From a virus (taxonomy: Duplodnaviria > Caudoviricetes), in IMG/VR virus record IMGVR_UViG_3300049893_001270, positions 1 to 61,891 of that record: a stretch of 61,891 bases of DNA; one strand, written 5' to 3'. Position numbers and translations under genes: made by a program. Under the pieces are notes generated by a model. That model searched no databases. It worked only from the letters and a program-made list of their open reading frames with translations, and had not been told where the DNA came from. Below, in pieces: positions 55,273-61,891 of the stretch. Position 1 is the stretch's first letter. Each line of letters starts with the position of its first letter.

Positions 55273-57264
55273 TCAGGTCGCGGTGACGTTGACCGACTCG
55301 CCAATCTCCGTCTGGAGAACAAACGAATCGATGCTGCCCAGCAGCCGCACCTTCACGATGATCGTGTGGATGCCGTCCGCGCTGTCATCCGCGGTATTTC
55401 CGCTGCTGTCATCGACGAGGTACCCGTCGATGCGCTGCGCAACCGGGTTGTTCTTGGAGAGCAGCCCCTCCAAGAACGCCACGACCTCCGAGCTGGCCGT
55501 GTCCTTCAACGCCTGACGCGCGACGTTCTTCGACAACAGGTTCAGCCGCGCGGCGATCGAGTCCTGCGTGTAGTCAGCCATCCGGCGGCGAGAGATGTTC
55601 TTTTCACCGGATGTCAGGCTGCTGGTGATGCCGCTCTGGAAGATCGGCCCAGCGATGCGGTCGAACCGAACCCCAACGATCCCGTACGATCGGAACGTCG
55701 TGTACTCGGCAATGGTCAAATCCGGCGTCCCGCGCGCAAACGCGGTGATCGGAGCCATGATCGTCGGCACGGGCTCCGACGCCTGACCGGGGTTGTTCTC
55801 GGGGGGCAGGTTGGCCTCAACCGAAGCCAGCCAAACGTCCGCGCTGTCATCGAGGTACCCATCCGTCGTCGTGGTGGCGTCCGAGCAGTCAATGGTGGAC
55901 CCCACCGCCTCGGGCACAAAGTGCCGCACACCCGGCCACGCGTAGTCCACGCGCTCATCGCGCGCGTACCCGACGCCGCCAGACCCCGTGCTGACCGCGG
56001 TGTCAACGGACAGCATCGTGAGCTTGGGCGACCAGATCGCGCGACGGCTGAGTCCGCGACCGGACGCAACCTTGACGTGCGACTTCAGCTTGGTCGCGAT
56101 CGTGTCGCTCTTTCGAGCCGCGACCACGATGTTGATGTCACGCGTCGGGTCTTTGTCCGACAGCAACGCGTCGATGGCCGACGTGTATCGGGCGTCCAGC
56201 GTGGCGCTCGACGCGGCGTTCACGCCGTGCACCGCCGAATCATAGGTGAGCGCAGTGGCAGGCGCGGTCTTGGCACCCAGCCCAGACAGCACATCCCACG
56301 AAGACGCGGTCGCGCTGTCCGGCACGATGGTGGGGGCCATGATCGTCGCCGCAACGATAGTGGCGTCGAGCGGGCGGGCGATCACCGAGTAGCCGTTGGC
56401 GCTCGTGATCGCAACCTTGCGGCCGTCCACGTAGCCAGAATCGGCGTCGCTCCCCTTGTGAATACGCCAGGGGAGCGAGCCCTCCGTCGTAAACGCGAAG
56501 TTCGCGCCGTCCATACGCTCAAGGGTCAGCGTGGTAGCGCCGCCGATCGCGTTCACACGGAACGTCTGCGCGTTGGAGCCCAGGCTGGTGCCGATGACAC
56601 CAACAACGATCACGTCTCCAACGGAGATCGTACCGTCGTTGAACGCGCCGCTGGCCGCGGTGAAGGTCTGCGTGGCCGCAGCACCAGCCGTCGTCACAGA
56701 CCCGTCCGTCCCCGTCTTCAGCGGAGCCGTCGCGGTGAACTGAACCGTGCGCGCGATACGAACACGGTTGCTGCCGCTCTTGAACTCGCGCCCAGCCGCC
56801 ACAGCCGCAGCGGTCACCGGGACGACAGGGTTGGTGTTCGTCGTACCCTTGTTCGTCGGCAGGTCACGCCAAACGCGGATACCCTTGTTGGTCGTGCCGC
56901 TGGGCGTGATGTTGTCGATCGGGCAGACGATCAGGCGGGGGAAACGCTTGTTGCGCAGCGCGCAGTAGCCGTTGCCCAGCGTATCGCCAAAGTCTCCGAT
57001 CGTGGCGTCGAACCCGCCCAGCTTGGCGACGAGATCCTGACCGGATCGAATCTCCACCGGCACGAGATTGCTGGAAACGTCACCGTTCGCAGCGACCTTC
57101 GTTGCGTAGCTGGCGTCCACGAACTCGCCAACCAACGCAACAACACCTGTCGCAACGCCCGAAATACCGCCACTGGGCGGCAGATCGACGATGACAACAC
57201 CCTCAATCTCCGTCAGAACCGAGTTGTCCGGCCTGTAGCCGAATCGTCGAATGAAGCCCGCCAT
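55273..57264 (-). CDS. tail sheath protein
   Basis: N-terminal GV.I.D....I.G..T..VA.VGEF; C-terminal I..RRM.D, V.VR. Confidence 0.9.
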   Translation of the reverse strand: MAGFIRRFGYRPDNSVLTEIEGVVIVDLPPSGGISGVATGVVALVGEFVDASYATKVAANGDVSSNLVPVEIRSGQDLVAKLGGFDATIGDFGDTLGNGYCALRNKRFPRLIVCPIDNITPSGTTNKGIRVWRDLPTNKGTTNTNPVVPVTAAAVAAGREFKSGSNRVRIARTVQFTATAPLKTGTDGSVTTAGAAATQTFTAASGAFNDGTISVGDVIVVGVIGTSLGSNAQTFRVNAIGGATTLTLERMDGANFAFTTEGSLPWRIHKGSDADSGYVDGRKVAITSANGYSVIARPLDATIVAATIMAPTIVPDSATASSWDVLSGLGAKTAPATALTYDSAVHGVNAASSATLDARYTSAIDALLSDKDPTRDINIVVAARKSDTIATKLKSHVKVASGRGLSRRAIWSPKLTMLSVDTAVSTGSGGVGYARDERVDYAWPGVRHFVPEAVGSTIDCSDATTTTDGYLDDSADVWLASVEANLPPENNPGQASEPVPTIMAPITAFARGTPDLTIAEYTTFRSYGIVGVRFDRIAGPIFQSGITSSLTSGEKNISRRRMADYTQDSIAARLNLLSKNVARQALKDTASSEVVAFLEGLLSKNNPVAQRIDGYLVDDSSGNTADDSADGIHTIIVKVRLLGSIDSFVLQTEIGESVNVTAT

Positions 57265-57278
57265 TAGCCGTCTCCTTT

Positions 57279-57965
57279 TTAGCCTTCAACGTCCAGCTTG
57301 ATTCGAGTGTTCAGCGGAGCGAACGGTCCCATCAGCCGAAGCACGGGAATCGTAGCGCGAATCGTGAACGTGCACGAAAAGATCCTTCGCTGGGCGTCCT
57401 CGGGCGAGTCGTTTTTTCTGGACGATGTTACCAGAAACGACGCGAAAACTCCGTGGTAGTACGGAATCTTCATCCTAAACCCTGCCATCCAATCGACAGG
57501 GTTGAAAAGATCACGCATTCCCTGCTGCATCAAGGATCGCTCGACCGGATCGTTGGCGAACGCCTCGACGGTCAAGGACACAGCCAGCTCGGACGCCTTC
57601 AAAAGCAGGTAGTTTTTACCAGTGAGAGAGTCTTGGATGCGCTCGGTGGACCCGTTGTACGCCATCCCAAGCCCGTTCGCCTCGTCTGTCGCGTCGCCAG
57701 ACCCACTCACAGCGACGAGAGGGAACTGGAAATCGGTTTCCAGATCGACTTGTCCCGCCGCTACGTAGGAAAACGACACAGCACGGCCGTCCTGCCCGAC
57801 GTACTGCATCGTCGCAAGGTAGTCAGCGACCGCCTGGAACAGCGCGCGCTCGGGGTCCATCGTCACCACGGTGGTGAGAACCTGCCGGTGGTTGGGCGAT
57901 CGGATGAGCACTGCCCCGCCAACGTCGGGCGGGGAGCTAAAATGTCCGTTCGGCGGTGTAGTCAT
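57279..57965 (-). CDS. tail terminator/completion protein
   Basis: position before the sheath gene; FP.V.V motif. Confidence 0.6.
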   Translation of the reverse strand: MTTPPNGHFSSPPDVGGAVLIRSPNHRQVLTTVVTMDPERALFQAVADYLATMQYVGQDGRAVSFSYVAAGQVDLETDFQFPLVAVSGSGDATDEANGLGMAYNGSTERIQDSLTGKNYLLLKASELAVSLTVEAFANDPVERSLMQQGMRDLFNPVDWMAGFRMKIPYYHGVFASFLVTSSRKNDSPEDAQRRIFSCTFTIRATIPVLRLMGPFAPLNTRIKLDVEG

Positions 57966-58453
57966 CGCGCTGCCTTGAGATAGGACGTTAGCACCGCCTC
58001 AACGTCCGCGGATTTTGTCACAGTGGCAATGATCGCGTACCGGCTGCTGGGGTTTGTGCCCCGCTGCCCAATCTTCTTGGCGATCACATGCGCCGCGCGC
58101 TTCGTGTAGTTCCAGTTCTTTGCGCCAAACTGGCCGGGAAACTTTCGCTTCAGCCACGCAACAATGGCAGCGCGCGGCGGTGCTTTACCCGGTCCCCGGC
58201 CGCGCTCAACGAAGTACGCGTACGGGGCCGTGTTGATCAGCGTGACTGTTTTTTTCGTCGTCGTGAACTCGAACGACTTCATGTACAGCCCAGTAGCGAC
58301 AGCGTTTCTGGACTTGGTCATCGCAACCGCAGCCCGCACAAGCTGCTTGCCGATGTCAGACAGCGCGCGATCCGTGGCCTTCGCCGCCTTCGCGGCCGAC
58401 AGCTTCGGGATCTTGGGGATGTCGTCCAGCTTGATGGTCTGCTTGTGAGCCAT
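57962..58453 (-). CDS. HK97 gp10-like neck/tail completion protein
   Basis: V.TG....S, NTAPYAYFVE.GR.PG..PP...I..W. Confidence 0.7.
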   Translation of the reverse strand: MAHKQTIKLDDIPKIPKLSAAKAAKATDRALSDIGKQLVRAAVAMTKSRNAVATGLYMKSFEFTTTKKTVTLINTAPYAYFVERGRGPGKAPPRAAIVAWLKRKFPGQFGAKNWNYTKRAAHVIAKKIGQRGTNPSSRYAIIATVTKSADVEAVLTSYLKAAR

Positions 58454-59001
58454 CAGCGCACCAGCTTTCCGCTTCGGTACGGGTCGTCGTTGGCGCGCAG
58501 CAGCGTGAGCGACCACTCAAGGTTCTCAGGGTTGTACGACGGCGTATCGCTCAAGGTGAACCGACGGCGGGTACCAACCCCACCGGGGCGCGGGAAAAAC
58601 ACCTCGTAAAAGAAGTTTGTGTCAGCAGGGATGCTGGCTCCGTTGTTGTCCATCCCGCGCAAAAAGTCTTCGCTGTAACGGGCGCTGACTTCGCTGACGA
58701 TGATGCTGCCCTTCTCGATCGCACCGCCGGTCATCATCACAACCTGCACGCCGCTCAGGTCGATGATTTTGGGGGTCGGCAAGAGCACTTCGCGGCGCGT
58801 GATCTCTTCAACCCCACGTCCGCGCGCACCGCCCGTCCAGCGGGTCCAGACCAGCGCGACTTCATAGGTACGCGCGCCGATCTGCGTGGCAAAATCACGG
58901 GCCGTATCGACGGCGCAAATGAGGTTGCGCAGCGCCGTCGATGCGTTCGGATCGACGCGCGTAAATCTGCATGTGCACTCACCCGCGCATCGGCACGCCA
59001 T
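58453..59001 (-). CDS. head closure/head-tail joining protein
   Basis: position; beta-rich 182 aa. Confidence 0.55.
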   Translation of the reverse strand: MACRCAGECTCRFTRVDPNASTALRNLICAVDTARDFATQIGARTYEVALVWTRWTGGARGRGVEEITRREVLLPTPKIIDLSGVQVVMMTGGAIEKGSIIVSEVSARYSEDFLRGMDNNGASIPADTNFFYEVFFPRPGGVGTRRRFTLSDTPSYNPENLEWSLTLLRANDDPYRSGKLVR

Positions 59002-59004
59002 TGG

Positions 59005-59400
59005 TCACCTCATCACCCGCACATGCGTTCCACCGCTCGCGAAACGCTCAGACAGCGGGTAAACCGGCACGCCGAGAAAGTCCGCGAGGCGGAAAGCCCA
59101 CCTACGGTATTCGGCCTCCAGCGCGTTCGGCTGGTTCAGATTGACTTGAATCCCGCCGGTCTGCTGCACGCCAAGCGCGGACTGTGCGTTGATGAGTCTG
59201 CACTCGATGTTGTCGAGCACTTGAATCAGCTCGCGTACACGCTCTTCGCCGGTCGTGGTGAGCAACCCAAACGACTGGTCAACGAGGAAAAGCGCCTGCA
59301 TGACCTTCGGAATGCCCATCTGAATCGAGGGCACCGAGTTGGTCGCCGGGTAGCCTAGATGGTACCGGACCTTTTCTTTTTCCTCGTTGGTGAGCGCCAT
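59005..59400 (-). CDS. head-tail adaptor protein
   Basis: LT..EK..VR.HLGYP...W...LA..LGVP. Confidence 0.6.
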   Translation of the reverse strand: MALTNEEKEKVRYHLGYPATNSVPSIQMGIPKVMQALFLVDQSFGLLTTTGEERVRELIQVLDNIECRLINAQSALGVQQTGGIQVNLNQPNALEAEYRRWAFRLADFLGVPVYPLSERFASGGTHVRVMR

Positions 59401-59403
59401 CGA

Positions 59404-59745
59404 TCACTCCACGCGCGTCAAGCTGACGCCCCATTCCATCGCGGCTGCGACGAATGTTTCGCCCATCTCGTTGGAGATGATGTCACCTTTTCGCAGATCG
59501 ATGGTGGCCCCGCGGTAGCTGATCTTCTTGTCAGACTGCACGCAGTACCGCACCGGCTTCACAGGGGCCGCAGCAATCGGCGGCGGGTCAGCCGGGGGGC
59601 GGGCCATCTCGTCTTCGATCGGCAGCAAGTCGGGCTGCGCGTCCTTCTCACCCGCGAGCGCAGGCAGTGGGGCAGACGCGGTACCAACCGCGCCCACGTC
59701 ACTCTTGGCTGCCTCAAGCGGATCAGTGACTCTTGCTTTCGCCAT
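59404..59745 (-). CDS. hypothetical protein downstream of the capsid gene
   Basis: 113 aa; Pro/Ala-rich N-terminus. Confidence 0.6.
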   Translation of the reverse strand: MAKARVTDPLEAAKSDVGAVGTASAPLPALAGEKDAQPDLLPIEDEMARPPADPPPIAAAPVKPVRYCVQSDKKISYRGATIDLRKGDIISNEMGETFVAAAMEWGVSLTRVE

Positions 59746-59763
59746 GATCCGTAACGGTAGCTC

Positions 59764-60300
59764 AAAACAAAAAGGGAAGCACGGAGCCCACAGTCTGTGT
59801 CCGTCTGTTACTGCGTTAACCCACGCAGAGGGGGAAGACGGTCATGTCTGTAGGCTCCGTGGGAGTGTGTAGCAAAAGAGCTATAGGGACTCCCGCACAT
59901 GAGCTGATCCCGAGGGATCAGTCAACGCGCACTTCGACGGAACGCCAAGGCTTTGCCTACGCGGGTGCGAGGTTTGCCCCGGCTTGTGGGTACTGCGTGC
60001 GTGGAAATCCCCATCGCAACGCGATGGGGCGCGCGCAGCGAACTGTCCCAGCCCAGGTTCCACCCCAGGCACAGGGGTACGGAGATCAACGATCGCCGCA
60101 CAGTTCATATCGTAGCTGTACCACCCAGCCTGATCGGCCGCAAGTACAGTGTCGTTTGCACCGCCCGTGCGTGGCACAGTCAGCAGCTAAAAAGAAGCAG
60201 TGAAGGGGGCGGGATGGTACCGCGCGGTGGGGGAGGCAGGCACCAAGTCGCCCCCTTCACTGCTATGTCGGCCGGGAGAGAGGGAGCGCCCCGGCCGAAC
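59764..60300 (-). ncRNA. ~550-nt multi-hairpin non-coding region with terminator-like stems and C-rich loops
   Basis: stems 60268-60298, 60196-60264 (16 bp + U-tract), 60009-60029, 59904-59921, 59861-59894, 59780-59861 (+U-tract). Confidence 0.55.
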
Positions 60301-60305
60301 ACCTG

Positions 60306-61715
60306 TCACTCGCCGTGCTGAAGGATGGCGAAACGCTTGTAGCGCGCTCCGTCACCCGTCGCGGCGTCCGTGCGCACCGGCCAGTCACCGATGAAGCGCC
60401 AGGACGTGCTCACCATGTCCTGCATACGGTTCATCGGCTGACGCACGATCATCTGGATGCGGTCAGAGAACACGTCGATCCCGTTGTTCGAAACCGACGC
60501 CTCGCTGACCTTGCCAGCGATGCCGACCTCGGTGATGAGCGCCGAGTAGTCCGAGTGGTACTCGAAGATCGCGTCGCGCCCCGAGAAGAGCATCCGGTGG
60601 ACCTTCACGCCCGTGGAGGCGTTGCCGTTGTTGTACAGATCGCCCGCGAAGGGATCGTCCAGCGAGAAGGTCACGCCGTCGTTGTTCGCGGTCACGACCG
60701 TCTCAGGCACCGGGCACTCGTTGTTGCGGACGAACACGCAGCCGAGCAGCTCGCCCACGGCGAACTGGCGGTACATGTAGTAGTCCGGCAGCGAGGTGTT
60801 GAGGCGCTGAAGGTCCGAGTCCTCGAACATCTTGGCGATCGACACCGGATCGCAGTGAACGTGGAAGCGGCCGTCCTCGTAGACCGGGACGTTCTGCTGC
60901 CACAGACGCGCGACCACCGAGCGGATGCCCGACAGGGTCGGCAGGTCCGAGCTGCCCACGTCGTCCACCTTGTTGCCACCGCCAGCGCGGTAGATCCAAG
61001 TGGAGTCGTTCGCCTTCACGTACGCGCGGTTCGCCACGTTCGTGACAGCCGAGCCGAGCGTCAGCACGCCGGGGCCTGTCTCGTCACCGACGTTGTCGGG
61101 CGTGTAGCCCACAACCGTGTTCGAAACCTCGGCACCGTTGTCGTACAGCTTGATCGACAGCGGGTTGGTCGCACTCACGGTGCTGAACCGCACCTTGCTC
61201 GCCCCGGCGGTCGTCGGGTTGCGGGCGCGGGTAAACCCGTTGAGGCTGCGCACGCGCAGCGAGGTGGTACCGGCCGCGCCACCGTCGGCAACCGTCCACC
61301 CGCTCTCGCCCGCATTGTACATGCGGTCGCGAACGGCGCGGTTGAGCGACTGACCAGCCTGGAGGCCAAGCTGGTGCGAGTTGCGCATGAAAAGATCAAC
61401 CACCGCCACCATGCTGGTCGGCATGTGCGAGTCGATCGAGTCGCCGTACTGCTGAAGCATCGCCTCCCACTGCTCGACAGCGTAGCTCTTCGGCGTGGGG
61501 TCAACACCCGGCTGCATCGGGCGAGCGTTCGGCGGGATCAGGCCAGGGGCCGAAAAGATCATCGAGTCGCCAACGCCCGCGGGCCAGGGCTTCGGCGTCA
61601 CTTCGCTGCGGAAAATCTGCTGGGGAAAGAGCGCGTCGTGAAACGCGCGCTCCAGCATACCTTCCTGCACCAGCCCGCGAACCTTCGCGTCTTGGAGAAT
61701 GACCGAGAAATCCAT
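60306..61715 (-). CDS. major capsid protein
   Basis: 469 aa, strongest codon bias, GGAG RBS, GD...F, QYG, LG.QAG..L, GE..G..F; followed by neck genes. Confidence 0.85.
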   Translation of the reverse strand: MDFSVILQDAKVRGLVQEGMLERAFHDALFPQQIFRSEVTPKPWPAGVGDSMIFSAPGLIPPNARPMQPGVDPTPKSYAVEQWEAMLQQYGDSIDSHMPTSMVAVVDLFMRNSHQLGLQAGQSLNRAVRDRMYNAGESGWTVADGGAAGTTSLRVRSLNGFTRARNPTTAGASKVRFSTVSATNPLSIKLYDNGAEVSNTVVGYTPDNVGDETGPGVLTLGSAVTNVANRAYVKANDSTWIYRAGGGNKVDDVGSSDLPTLSGIRSVVARLWQQNVPVYEDGRFHVHCDPVSIAKMFEDSDLQRLNTSLPDYYMYRQFAVGELLGCVFVRNNECPVPETVVTANNDGVTFSLDDPFAGDLYNNGNASTGVKVHRMLFSGRDAIFEYHSDYSALITEVGIAGKVSEASVSNNGIDVFSDRIQMIVRQPMNRMQDMVSTSWRFIGDWPVRTDAATGDGARYKRFAILQHGE

Positions 61716-61806
61716 CGTGAGTGCTCCGTAGGTTCGGCGGTTTTCGCGCCGTTGGAAGTGATGTTACAAGCCCCTGGTTCTTTTTTCCAGCAGCGCGACC
61801 TATTTT

Positions 61807-61891
61807 TCAGAGAGTGACGCCGTACTTGTTCTTCAAACGCGCTTTGACTTCCTCGGGAGAAGCCTTCATCGCGTTGAATTCGCCATCCGGC
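61807..61891 (-). CDS. C-terminus of probable capsid scaffolding protein (truncated by window end)
   Basis: ...PDGEFNAMKASPEEVKARLKNKYGVTL* directly upstream of the capsid gene. Confidence 0.5.
   Translation of the reverse strand, partial: PDGEFNAMKASPEEVKARLKNKYGVTL

Noticed and set aside
59881-60177. 98-aa minus-strand ORF in the post-capsid gap
   Set aside because: No RBS, atypical codon use and overlap with several stems; not called, though not formally excluded.

Overview
This is about 62 kb of a GC-rich tailed dsDNA phage with a contractile tail (myovirus-type), read in the standard genetic code. The plus-strand arm (1-~34.8 kb) carries replication, recombination and regulation genes: primase, MoxR AAA+/HEXXH-vWA module, two ParB-like paralogs, SF2 helicase, DnaB-like helicase, UDG-fused family A DNA polymerase, SSB, SbcD/SbcC, a Holliday resolvase-like nuclease, two sigma-region-4 proteins, XRE and LexA-N regulators, tRNA-Lys(UUU) and tRNA-Thr(UGU). 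The convergent minus-strand arm (~34.8-61.9 kb) carries capsid, neck, sheath/tube, a frameshifting tail chaperone, tape measure, baseplate, fibre and lysis genes. Terminase, portal and integrase are not recognisable in the window. A myxobacterial host is weakly inferred. The most striking unexplained structure is a 3.4-kb tandem array (10258-13650) of about 15 diverged micro-proteins sharing a hydrophobic-(F/Y)-x-x-A-D-x-x-(V/I) motif. There are also several unannotated structured non-coding elements: a triple-hairpin origin candidate, an armless tRNA-like minihelix, a ~170-nt structured leader before tRNA-Lys, and a ~550-nt multi-hairpin region with anti-SD-like loops after the capsid gene. 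All family assignments come from visual motif recognition; no database searches were run.
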